Source of the DNA: Alphaproteobacteria bacterium
GTDB lineage: Bacteria > Pseudomonadota > Alphaproteobacteria > JAAXGF01
NCBI GenBank assembly: GCA_963555825.3
Contig: CAUVXB020000001.1
Location: 704,001 to 768,000 of the forward strand
DNA: 64,000 nucleotides
Reading direction: 5' to 3'
Below the pieces are notes generated by a model. It saw only the letters and a list, made by a program, of their open reading frames with translations. It was not told where the DNA came from and made no database searches. A program made the translations under genes and the position numbers. This document shows positions 31,730-41,624 of the stretch, piece by piece (position 1 is the first letter of the stretch; the number at the start of each line of letters is the position of its first letter).

Positions 31730-31881
31730 TTTTTTTTAATAGGTTATGCCGTGTTTCTAAGAGATCACTTTGGTTGTTCCTGGTATCATTTAATGCATGA
31801 CATTAGACGGCGGGCTCGGCGCAAATGCCGCCGTTCATGCGGTGCTGCCGGGGGTGCTGCACTTCGTAGGGAGGGGGCGTA

Positions 31882-32547
31882 ATGGCGCTGGAACTCAAAA
31901 CTGCGCCCGAAGGGTTGATGTCGGACGCCGAACTTGCCGCATGGCATGACATTCCGCCGGCCGTAATCAGCGACGAATTGAACCGAACGGGGGCCATGGC
32001 CGCGGCCATCAAACCCCTGGCGCCGGGCATGAAGGTTGTCGGCCAGGCGCTGACGGTTCAGACGATGGTCGGTGACAATGCGGCGCTGCATTACTGCTTG
32101 ACGGTCGCCTGGCCTGGCGCTGTCATCGTCGTCGATGCGCGTGGACACCTGGATACGGCTGTGTGGGGCGGTATCCTTACCTACGCTGCGAAGCATGTCG
32201 GAGTCGCCGGCGTGGTCGTCGACGGCAGCGTTCGTGACGTTGCCGAACTGCGGGAATCCGGGCTCGCCGTGTATGCACGGGGCGCCATCCCAAGCGGACC
32301 TCACAAGGGATGGGGCGGTAGCGTCAACGTGCCGATTCAATGTGGCGGCGTGGCCGTCGATCCGGGTGATCTGATCGTCGCCGACGACGATGGCGTGGTG
32401 TCCGTCGGGCGCCGTCATTTGGACGGCTTGCTGGCGCGCTGTCGCGCACGCCTCGAGCGCGAGGCGGTGATGCTGCAACGGATCGACGCGGGCGCGACGA
32501 CCGTTGATCTACAGGGGCTGCCGCCGGCCGAAAAATTCGGCGGCTAA
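31882..32547 (+). CDS. RraA/HMG aldolase family protein
   Basis: GDN, AVWGG, VDGSVRD, PGDLIVADDDGVV. Confidence 0.88.
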   Translation: MALELKTAPEGLMSDAELAAWHDIPPAVISDELNRTGAMAAAIKPLAPGMKVVGQALTVQTMVGDNAALHYCLTVAWPGAVIVVDARGHLDTAVWGGILTYAAKHVGVAGVVVDGSVRDVAELRESGLAVYARGAIPSGPHKGWGGSVNVPIQCGGVAVDPGDLIVADDDGVVSVGRRHLDGLLARCRARLEREAVMLQRIDAGATTVDLQGLPPAEKFGG

Positions 32548-32932
32548 ACGTTGCGATACCTCGGTCCGGTCAGCGATTGAAATTGGGCAACCGTCGAAGG
32601 GCCGGATCGACCTTGGGCCGCTTCACGAACTTCTTGGATTCGAGCCGGGGCACCCCGAATTTGGCACCTTCAACCGGCTGATAGGACGACGCTTGCCTAT
32701 CCGGTTTACACCCACACCCACTAGGGCTAGAATGGGCGCAAACCGGATATAGGGGAGCGCGCCATGGATGTTCTCGACCGCGCCGATCTCCCATTCCCGC
32801 ATTCGCTACCCGAGTGAGAACGGCAGAGCAATAATCCCCCACTGAAGCGGCCGGTCGATCCGGCTGCGGCGGACCAAAATGGGACCGCGTATAGCCTTCT
32901 GTCAGGGTTGCTCTGACTGGAAGGCGGGGGGG

Positions 32933-34431
32933 ATGTATCGGGTGGAGTTGTACGCACGGGTTCGGCGGGCGTGTCATGTCGAGGGGATGAGCACCCGCGA
33001 GGCCTCGCGGGTGTTTGGTGTAGACCGCAAGACGGTCCGTAAGATGCTGTCGTTCTCGGTGCCGCCAGGGTATCGCCGAAGCGCGCCGCCGAGGCGGCCA
33101 AAGCTGGGTCCGTTCACGGGAATCATCGATCGGATCTTGGAAGACGATCGGACCAGCCACCGCAAGCAACGGCACACTGCGAAGCGCATCTTCGACCGCC
33201 TCCGGGACGAGTACGGTTTCACGGGCGGCTACACCATCGTGAAGGACTACGTTCGTGAGCAGGGGCTTCGGTCGCGTGAGGTGTTCGTGCCACTCTCCCA
33301 TTCCCCGGTCACGCCCAGGCGGACTTCGGCGAAGCGATGGCGGTGATCGGCGGCGCGTTACGGAAGATCCACTTCCTTGCCTTCGACCTTCCCCACAGTG
33401 ATGGTTGCTTTGTTGCGGCCTATCCGGCGGAGACGACCGAAGCATTCTGCGATGGCCACAACGCGGCGTTTGCCTTCTTCGGCGGCGTCCCCCGATCCAT
33501 CCTGTACGACAACACCAAGCTGGCGGTTGCCCGGATCCTGGGCGATGGGAAGCGGCAGCGAACGCGCGTCTTCACGGAGCTTCAGTCCCACTATCTGTTC
33601 GAGGACAGGTTCGGCCGGCCGGGCAAGGGCAACGACAAGGGCAAGGTCGAGGGACTGGTCGGCTTCATCCGGCGGAACTTCCTGGTCCCCGTCCCGCGTG
33701 CCGAGAGCTTCGCGGCCCTCAACGATGCTCTCGCCGAACAGTGCCGCCGGCGCCAGGCGGCGCGGCTGCGGGGCCACAAGGAGACCATCGGCGAGCGTCT
33801 CGAGCGGGATCGTCAAGTTCTCTTGCCATTGCCGCCTGCTCCCTATGATGCCTGCGATAAGCGCCCTGGACGGGCGAGTTCGCTGTCGCTGGTGCGTTAC
33901 CGCAGCAACGACTATTCCGTGCCCGTGGCCTACGGCCACCGTGAGGTGCTCATCCGGGGCTACGTCGATGAGGTGGTGATCAGCTGCGGGGCCGAGGTGA
34001 TCGCCCGGCACCGCCGGTCCTACGACAGCGAGGACCTGATCTTCGACCCGCTGCATTACCTGCCCTTGATCGAGCAGAAGATCGGCGCCCTCGACCAGGC
34101 CGCGCCATTGGCGGGCTGGGACCTGCCCGAGGCCTTCATCACTCTGCGGCGGCTCCTCGAAGCTCGTATGGGCAAGGCAGGCAAGCGCGAGTACGTCCAG
34201 GTGCTCCGTCTACTGGAGACCTTCCGGCTCGAGGAGGTCGAGGGTGCGGTCGGCGACGCCCTGCGGCTCGGCGCAATCGGCTTTGATGCGGTGAAGCACC
34301 TGGTACTGTGCCGCATCGAGCGGCGGCCGCCCAGGCTCAACCTCGACGTCTATCCGTATCTGCCGCGCGCCCGGGTCGCGATGACGTCCGCCAAGTCGTA
34401 CATGAGCCTGCTGTCGGGGCTCGGCGCATGA
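32933..34431 (+). pseudogene. istA: IS21 transposase IstA, frameshift near 33300
   Basis: HTAKRIFDRL..GGYT; HAQADFGEA continues in another frame; YDNTK, KGKVEG. Confidence 0.85.
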
Positions 34432-35192
34432 CCGACACACCGCAAGTGCTGCTCGCCCACCACCTCAAGACGCTGAAGCTGCCGACCTTCCTGCGCGAGT
34501 ACGACAAGATCGCCCGGCAGTGCGCCTCGGAAGGCGTCGATCACGTCCGCTACCTGTTGAGACTCGCCGAGCTCGAGCTGATCGACCGCGAGCGCCGCAT
34601 GGTCGAGCGGCGCATCAAGGCGGCGCGCTTCCCCGTGGTCAAGAGCCTCGACAGCTTCGACTTCAAGGTCATCCCCTCGCTCAACAAGGCGCTGGTCCTG
34701 GAGCTGGCCCGCTGCGAGTACATCGAGCGCCGCGAGAACCTCATCGCGCTCGGCAACAGTGGGACCGGCAAGACCCACATCGCCCTCGGTCTCGGCCTGG
34801 CGGCCTGCCAGAAGGGCCTCTCGGTCGGCTTCATCACCGCCGCCGCGCTGGTCCACGAACTCATCGAGGCCCGCGATGACAAGCAGCTGCTGAGGTTCCA
34901 GAAGAAGCTCGCCACCTACAAGCTTCTGATCGTCGACGAACTCGGCTTCGTGCCGCTGTCGAAGACCGGCGCCGAGCTGTTGTTCGAGGTGTTCAGCCAA
35001 CGCTACGAGCGGGGCTCGACCCTGGTCACCACCAATCTGCCCTTCGACGAATGGACCGAGGTGTTCGGCTCCGAGCGCCTCACCGGCGCGCTCCTCGATC
35101 GCCTCACCCACCACGTCAACATCCTCGAGATGAACGGTGACAGCTACAGGCTCAACCAGAGCCGCAGGCGTCAAACCCCGACTGCTAACTGA
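34428..35192 (+). CDS. istB: IS21 helper ATPase IstB
   Basis: GNSGTGKTH Walker A, LIVDELG, TTNLPF, LDRLTH, GDSYR. Confidence 0.95.
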   Translation: MTDTPQVLLAHHLKTLKLPTFLREYDKIARQCASEGVDHVRYLLRLAELELIDRERRMVERRIKAARFPVVKSLDSFDFKVIPSLNKALVLELARCEYIERRENLIALGNSGTGKTHIALGLGLAACQKGLSVGFITAAALVHELIEARDDKQLLRFQKKLATYKLLIVDELGFVPLSKTGAELLFEVFSQRYERGSTLVTTNLPFDEWTEVFGSERLTGALLDRLTHHVNILEMNGDSYRLNQSRRRQTPTAN

Positions 35193-35345
35193 ACCGACCA
35201 CCCAGCCCACGCTTGACCCCGTGGGCCCACAGGTCCCTCCCGCGCGCGCCGCCGCGTCAGCCTGTTGAGGGCACGCCGCGTCGCGCGCGGGGCCCTCCCG
35301 TGGACTACGGGGACAAGCCCGCAGCCGCCAAGCGGTCCCTTCTTA

Positions 35346-36520
35346 TACCAGTGAGCGCCTGAATTGACTCTCGGGATATTCATTGATGGCGGATGATGGC
35401 GGATTGTGATTCTATGGTCTCCCACCAGATGTGGGGGATGTCATGGGATCAGCACTCAAGATACGGGATGATTTGACGCCTTTGGAGCTTCGGCGCTGGG
35501 CTCGCGTGGAATCGTACGGTCGAGCGGCGGCGCGGGCCTATGGGATCGCGAATGCTTTGGAGGAGATGCCCCGGGCTGATGCCGCGCGGCTTGCGGGGAT
35601 GGATCGCCAAACGCTTCGCGACGCGGTTGTTCGTTACAATGCAAAGGGATTGGAGGGGCTTCACGACCGTCCAAAGGGCTACTCGCCGCGGCGGCTGACG
35701 GCAGACGAGGAAGCGGCGCTGGCGGCGGTCATCATCGCCGGGCCGGAGCCTGAGCGCGACGGGGTTTGCGCCTGGACCCGGGCCGATCTGTGCCGCTGGC
35801 TGGAGGAGCGCTTCGCCAAGACCTACCACCCCTCGAGCATGACCCGGGTTCTACGGCGGATGGGATTTTCCCGCCAGAAGGCGCGCCCGAGCCACCCGCG
35901 AAGGGACGCCGAAGCGCAGGAGCGCTTCAAAAAAGGGGGCTTCGCGACATCCTGAAGGCGACCGCCGCGGCGCATCCCGACAAGCGCCTACAGCTGTGGT
36001 TTCAGGATGAAGCGCGCGTCGGCAACAAGGGCCGGGTGTGTCACCGGTGGTGGCGCAGGGGCGAGCGTGCCCCCGGGACGCGTCAAATCGGCTACCAGTG
36101 GGCCTACATCTTCTCCGCCGTGCGCCCGGACACCGGCGACGACGTCACCCTGGTGATGCCGAGCGTCAACGCCAAGGTCATGGACCTGTTTCTCGCACAC
36201 TTCGCCGATACCCTGGACCAGGATGCGCACGCCGTCATGATGTGCGACGGCGCCGGTTGGCACGACGAGCGCGCCCTCACCGTCCCCGACAACGTCACCT
36301 TGGCGCTGTTGCCGCCTTACAGTCCCGAACTCAACCCCGTCGAGCGGGTTTGGCTCTACCTACGCGAACGCTTCCTATCGCTCCGCGTCCTCGACGACAC
36401 CGAGGCCATCATCGACGCCTGTTGCCAAGCATGGATCGACCTCATCGCAGAACCGGATCGTATGCGAACCCTCTGCGCCTATCCATGGATCATGAAGGTG
36501 ATTTCATAGGCTCACTGGTA
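35346..36520 (+). mobile_element. IS630 family element (second type, two ORFs)
   Basis: TIR TACCAGTGAGC/GCTCACTGGTA flanked by TTA on both sides. Confidence 0.9.
35443..36509 (+). CDS. IS630 transposase, probably expressed by -1 slippage at A6G5 (35929-35939)
   Basis: HTH orfA ending FKKGG; orfB WFQDEAR, CDGAGWH, YSPELNPVERVW. Confidence 0.85.
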
Positions 36521-37533
36521 TTACACCGCCGAGGTGGTCCCTTTTTGCTCCGCCATTGACACCCGAGTTCCAGCGACTTTTCCCCGATGATGCGGCCTGC
36601 GCCGCCTACCTGGAGAAAGCCCGCTGGGGAGACGGCTTTGCCTGCCCGCACTGCGGCACGGCGGGAGAGCCGTTCACACTTTGAAAACCGCCCTGGCGTC
36701 CTGCGCTGCCGCAAGTGCCGCCAGAACACCGGGCTGACGGTGGGAACAGTGATGGAGCGTAGCCACACTCCGCTGAACGTCTGGTTCTGGGCCGCTTATC
36801 TGGTCGCTAGTCAGACGCCCGGCATGTCCGCCGTGCAGTTTCAGCGGCAACTTGGTCTTTCGCGCTACGAGACGGCCTTTCAAATTCTCCACAAGCTCCG
36901 CTCGGGCATGGTGCGGCCCAACCAAGACAGGATCGGTGGACAGCCCAAGAACCATGTTGAGGTGGACGAAACCTGGGTTGGCGGGCGAACGCGTGGGGAA
37001 GGCCGTGGTGTTCACCACAAGGTTCTCGTCTCCTGTGCCATCGAGGTGCGTCATCGAAAGCCGGGCACCAAGCTCGACAACCGGAAAGACGGACGCTATG
37101 CCGGACGCGTTCGGCTCGCCGTCGTGCTCGACCGTAGCGCCGAGTCGCTCTGTGGGTTCGTCGAGAGCACCGTCGCGCCGGGATCGCTGATCGTTACTGA
37201 CGATTGGAGCGGCTATGCTGGCCTCGGTAAGCGCGGCTATGAGCACTTCGCTGTTGCCGAGTGTGGTGATCCAGAGGTTGCCGAGCAATACCTGCCGATC
37301 ATCCATCTGGTTTTCGCCAACCTGAAGACGTGGCTGATCGGTATCCACCACGGCGTTAGCCACCAGCACCTACAAGCCTACCTCAACGAGTTCACCTTCC
37401 GCTTCAACAGGCGGTTCTACCCGTTCAACGCCTTCCGCTCATTGCTCGGCATCGCGGGCGACACCTCTGCTCCAACCTATGCCGAGCTTTACTCGGGAGA
37501 GTGGCGGCACCCTACATGTAGCGGTCATGGGCG

Positions 37534-38601
37534 TTAACCGGATAGGCAAGCCTCAGTCTTGCGCTTCGCCTTGGCGAGGCGCAGTTCCTCTTCCTTCTGC
37601 TTGTTCGAGGCGCCATAGAGCCGTTCATCGACCTCGGCCAAATACTGATTGAACCGGGTGAGCTCGGCGAGACGTTTCGCCGTCTTGGCGGCAACGGACG
37701 CGGCCAGCCTCAGGTTCTCAAGCGCGCGGGCCTTGGCGCCCTCGACTTCCTTCTGCCTCAGTGTCGCCTCGGCGACTTTCTTGTCGATCTCGGTCTTACG
37801 CGCCTCGGCCTTTACGGTGCGTTTCTTGGCCTCGACGGTCTCGGCCTTGAGGCGGTCCTTCAGGGTAAAAACCTTCTGCTCGATCGCCTTCTGGGCGCGC
37901 GCGAAGACCGCCTTGCTGGGCCGCGTGAAGGCGAGCTTGGGGCTCTTGATCAGCTTCTGGTATTTGGGCAGGACATAGGGGAAGTTCGGGTCGCCACCTG
38001 ATTCCTCGATCTTTGCCAGGAGCTTGCCGAGCTTCTTCTCGTTGCTCTTGCCCTTCTTGAGCTTCTTCGAAACTTCGAGCAGGACCTTCGCGGCCTCGCG
38101 GGTCAGCCTGGCGGTGCCGTCGCCCGAGATTTTCCATTGCTTGGTGTCGGTCAGCACCATGGTGTAGGTGAACTGCGGTACGTCGGGCGCCATTCCGACC
38201 GCCTTCTTGGCGTGGGCATGGGCGATGGCGTGTTTGCTCGGATCGGTCGTGAACAGCGCGAGCGCGAGCGCATTCTGGACATCGGCGATAGAGGGATCGG
38301 CGACGGCGAGATAGCTGAGCGGCTTGACAGCGTTCTTGCTCTGGCCGGTCACCACACTGGCGTACGCGGTGAGGTACATCGGCCCGGCGATCGGCGGGAT
38401 CTTTTTGGCGGCATAGGCAGTGCCGATAATTCCGCCAACGATCGCGCCGCAGAGCAGGGCGGCACAGAGCCATCGCGGGCGCGTTCGGACTTGCGCTTTC
38501 GATGAGAAATCGCGCCGGGCAGTGCGGTGCGTTTGTCGTGCGCCGACGTCCGCCGATTTGTTCCGGGTGTGCGGTTCGTGGTATGAACACCGGTCGCGCA
38601 T
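37534..38601 (-). CDS. Lys/Ala-rich exported hypothetical protein, C-terminus cut by IS1595
   Basis: Signal-like hydrophobic stretch, helical/coiled-coil body; stop lies inside the IS TIR; start uncertain. Confidence 0.6.
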   Translation of the reverse strand: MRDRCSYHEPHTRNKSADVGARQTHRTARRDFSSKAQVRTRPRWLCAALLCGAIVGGIIGTAYAAKKIPPIAGPMYLTAYASVVTGQSKNAVKPLSYLAVADPSIADVQNALALALFTTDPSKHAIAHAHAKKAVGMAPDVPQFTYTMVLTDTKQWKISGDGTARLTREAAKVLLEVSKKLKKGKSNEKKLGKLLAKIEESGGDPNFPYVLPKYQKLIKSPKLAFTRPSKAVFARAQKAIEQKVFTLKDRLKAETVEAKKRTVKAEARKTEIDKKVAEATLRQKEVEGAKARALENLRLAASVAAKTAKRLAELTRFNQYLAEVDERLYGASNKQKEEELRLAKAKRKTEACLSG

Positions 38602-38785
38602 GGCGCTGCCTCCAATCGATCCAGCCGCCCCAACGCCTTAGACGACGCCAAGCGAACAGTTTTCCTCCCTGCGCGGACGCAGTCCCCGCATTTGTTTCAG
38701 AAGCATACCATATTCTTAGCGAATTGTTAGTGACGGGGCTCACACATGATCGGGTCCAGAACCGGGTAACAAACACGGTGGCGGA

Positions 38786-39445
38786 CTAGAATGCGCCGGG
38801 TTCGATTTTGTAAGTATCGGGCGTCTTGGCGTCCTGAATGAAGGAAAGGCGCAGCCAGGACGCCGTTTCGTCGTTGTCGTTGTCGGTTGCCGGGCCAACG
38901 CCCGGGCCCTTCATGCGCATTTCGATCACGTGGCCGTCCGTGTCATTGGCGCGAAAGACGATGATTGAACCGTCATCGACGGCCATGTCGCTGGTCAGCG
39001 TGTTCCGGGGGAGGCCTTGCAGCGCCATACGATTCATCATGGCTCGCGCCGCCCGGACAAGCGTTGCGGCATTGACCGCGGTCTCGATCGGGTGCCCCCA
39101 ACTCAGGGTCACCTGTATCAGCCGCTCGGACCGGTAGCCGAAGATATAGACGACCTGTGTCGCACCGGCGCCCGATACCAGGCCGTCGGCGCGGATAACC
39201 AGGGCCGTTGTTTTCTGTAGCGGATGGATCATACGGGTCTCGCCGCCCTCGATAGCGAAATCCATTTGGATTGCGCGCAGGACTTCGGCCTCGGTCATGT
39301 CGAAGTGTGCCGATCGGTAGCCGTCGATGTCCCCGGCCTGCGCCAAATCGACCGAGCCCAGCCAGGCGAGGACGGCGAACGCCACGCCGATCATGGCGGT
39401 TCGACATAGGCCGCGGGCAAATGACATCGCTTGTATATCGCTCAT
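38786..39445 (-). CDS. Exported hypothetical protein
   Basis: Signal peptide (LAQA), GYRSAHF, YIFGY. Confidence 0.7.
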   Translation of the reverse strand: MSDIQAMSFARGLCRTAMIGVAFAVLAWLGSVDLAQAGDIDGYRSAHFDMTEAEVLRAIQMDFAIEGGETRMIHPLQKTTALVIRADGLVSGAGATQVVYIFGYRSERLIQVTLSWGHPIETAVNAATLVRAARAMMNRMALQGLPRNTLTSDMAVDDGSIIVFRANDTDGHVIEMRMKGPGVGPATDNDNDETASWLRLSFIQDAKTPDTYKIEPGAF

Positions 39446-39561
39446 GGTGTGAACCTACCGCGTCACACACGGCGATTTGCAGATTTCTTGACATCGCATC
39501 CCCTGGCCGCCGATGTCGTTTGGCGCTACATTTGATGCGAAATTTCGGGAGGACGGTGGGC

Positions 39562-39888
39562 ATGAATTTGACCACGAAGACCTGCGTGCCGTGCCGCGGC
39601 GGCGTTCCGCCGCTCACGACTGACGCGGCCGAGCGCTATCTTGACGAGGCGCCGGGTTGGCAACTCCTCGAATCGGCGACCCGTATCGAACGGCGCTTGC
39701 GTTTCGGCAACTTCGCCGAGACGCTCGCCTTCGTGAACAGGGTCGGCGAACTCGCCGAGGCGGAGGGGCATCACCCGGACATCAGCTTCGGCTGGGGGTA
39801 TTGCTCGGTCGTCTTCTATACGCACAAAATCAAAGGCTTGCACGAGAACGACTTCATCATGGCCGCGAAGGTCAACGAACTGGTCTAG
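39562..39888 (+). CDS. Pterin-4a-carbinolamine dehydratase
   Basis: CVPCRGG, AEAEGHHPD, THKIKGLHENDFIMAAK. Confidence 0.93.
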   Translation: MNLTTKTCVPCRGGVPPLTTDAAERYLDEAPGWQLLESATRIERRLRFGNFAETLAFVNRVGELAEAEGHHPDISFGWGYCSVVFYTHKIKGLHENDFIMAAKVNELV

Positions 39889-39889
39889 C

Positions 39890-39902
39890 CTGATCCTTGG
39901 TA
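39890..39902. repeat. Solo MITE TIR remnant
   Basis: CTGATCCTTGGTA, 13/13 match to the MITE right end. Confidence 0.6.
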
Positions 39903-39917
39903 TATGATCGCGCCACC

Positions 39918-40586
39918 ATGCCGAAATTCAAACCGATTCTCGCGCGCGCCGCCAAGCGCGTCGGCGGCGCCAAGTCGCTCGAAGAGACACTCATCGCGCC
40001 GAGCAGCGCCGACGCGCTGCGCGCCGTCACCGACGACCGTTACCTGTCGCTGATGTCGCTGCGCGTGTTCCGCGCCGGCCTCAAGCATTCGTTGGTCGAT
40101 GCGCGGTGGCCGGCCTTCGAGGTGGTCTTCCACGGCTTCGAGCCCTACCGGGTACGCGCCATGAACGACGAGGACCTCGAGGACCTGATGGGCGAGACGC
40201 GCATCATCCGCCATTGGGGCAAGATCAAGTCGGTGCGCGACAACGCCGCGGCGATGATCGGCCTCTCCGAGGCCCATGGCGGTTTCGGCGGCTATCTCGC
40301 CGCTTGGCCGGCCGACGACGTCATGGGGCTGTGGCGCGACCTCGCCAACCGGTTCAGCCAGCTGGGCGGCAATTCGGGGCCGTATTTCTTGCGTATGGCG
40401 GGCAAGGACACCTTCATGATCACCGGCGACGTGCTGCGCGCGCTGATCGACGCCAAGATCGTCAAGAAGAAGCCGACCATCAAAGACGATCGGGCGGCGG
40501 TCCAGAACGCCTTCAACGCCTGGGCCGAGGAGACCGGCCGGCCGCTCTGCCAGCTCAGCCGTATCCTCGCGCTCTCGGTCGGTTAG
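39918..40586 (+). CDS. DNA-3-methyladenine glycosylase I-like protein
   Basis: DDRYLS, VFRAGL, RWPAFE, IIRHWGKI, FLRMAGKD. Confidence 0.8.
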   Translation: MPKFKPILARAAKRVGGAKSLEETLIAPSSADALRAVTDDRYLSLMSLRVFRAGLKHSLVDARWPAFEVVFHGFEPYRVRAMNDEDLEDLMGETRIIRHWGKIKSVRDNAAAMIGLSEAHGGFGGYLAAWPADDVMGLWRDLANRFSQLGGNSGPYFLRMAGKDTFMITGDVLRALIDAKIVKKKPTIKDDRAAVQNAFNAWAEETGRPLCQLSRILALSVG

Positions 40587-40593
40587 GCGCTCG

Positions 40594-41622
40594 GTGACAG
40601 ATCACGCGGCGTGGCTGGGCCAAGTCGTCGAGGCGACGCTGGAGCCTGAACGGCCGATCGTCGACCCCCACCACCATTTCTGGCGTCGTGCCTCCGCGAG
40701 CTATGCGTTCTCCCCGCACTATCTCCTGGCCGAACTCTGGGACGATACTGGGAGCGGCCATCGTTTCGAGCAGACCGTCTTCATCGAATGCTCGGCCGAA
40801 TACCGCGAGACCGGGCCCGAAGCCATGCGACCCATCGGCGAGACCGAGCTGGTCGCCGGCATCGCGACGGCCGCCGCTGCGGAACCGGCCGGCGCCGCGC
40901 GTATCGGCGGCATCGTTGGCCACGCCGACTTGAGGCTGGGCGCCGTCATCGAGGACGTGCTAGCGGCTCAGATCGAAGCGGGGCAGGGGCGATTCAGGGG
41001 AATCCGCTACTCGGCCGCCCAGGACCCGAGCGACGCGATCCCCGGATCGCGCAAGAACCCGCCGATCGATATCTATGCACGGGACGATTTTCGCGAAGGA
41101 TTCGCGCGTCTGGCCAGCCTGGGCCTGAGTTTTGACGCCTGGCACTACCACCCGCAAACACCGGGTCTCACCGACCTCGCACACGCCTTTCCCGACACGA
41201 CCATCGTCCTCGATCACTTCGGCGGCGTGCTCGGTATCGGCTCCTACGCGGGCCGGCGTGACGAAATTTTCAAGACCTGGAAGCACGATCTCGCCACGCT
41301 CGCTGACTGTCCCAACGTGGTCGCCAAGCTCGGCGGCCTGGTCATGCCGGTCAACGGCTTCGGCTGGCACGAGCGCGACCGGCCGGCGACTTCGGACGAG
41401 ATCGTCGCCGCGCAGCGGCCTTACTACATGCACACGATCGAGCGGTTCGGGCCCGACCGTTGCATGTTCGAAAGCAACTTTCCGGTCGACAAATGCGCGG
41501 TTTCGTACAACGTGCTGTGGAACGCCTTCAAGAAGATGGCGGCGGCTTTCTCGGCCGACGAGAAGGACGCCCTGTTCCGCGCGACGGCGATGCGCGTCTA
41601 CCGCCTGGACCCGGTTACTTAA
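40594..41622 (+). CDS. Amidohydrolase family protein
   Basis: DPHHH, LDHFG, AKLGG, MFESNFPVD. Confidence 0.88.
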   Translation: MTDHAAWLGQVVEATLEPERPIVDPHHHFWRRASASYAFSPHYLLAELWDDTGSGHRFEQTVFIECSAEYRETGPEAMRPIGETELVAGIATAAAAEPAGAARIGGIVGHADLRLGAVIEDVLAAQIEAGQGRFRGIRYSAAQDPSDAIPGSRKNPPIDIYARDDFREGFARLASLGLSFDAWHYHPQTPGLTDLAHAFPDTTIVLDHFGGVLGIGSYAGRRDEIFKTWKHDLATLADCPNVVAKLGGLVMPVNGFGWHERDRPATSDEIVAAQRPYYMHTIERFGPDRCMFESNFPVDKCAVSYNVLWNAFKKMAAAFSADEKDALFRATAMRVYRLDPVT

Positions 41623-41624
41623 AG

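Larger units (their letters stand above)
32815..36561 (+). mobile_element. IS21 family element (contains a nested IS630)
   Basis: TG..CA ends with related repeats; 6-bp TSD CCCGAG at 32809-32814 and 36562-36567. Confidence 0.92.
32764..37537 (+). pseudogene. IS1595 transposase split into 32764-32814 and 36568-37537, plus a frameshift near 36676
   Basis: Rejoined MDVLDRADLPFPHSLPE|FQRLFPDDAAC..CPHCG zinc ribbon; VEVDET, VTDDW, YLNEFTFRFNRR. Confidence 0.85.
32690..37552 (+). mobile_element. IS1595 family element interrupted by IS21
   Basis: TIRs GCTTGCCTATCCGGTTTACACCCA / TGGGCGTTAACCGGATAGGCAAGC; no TSD seen. Confidence 0.8.
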
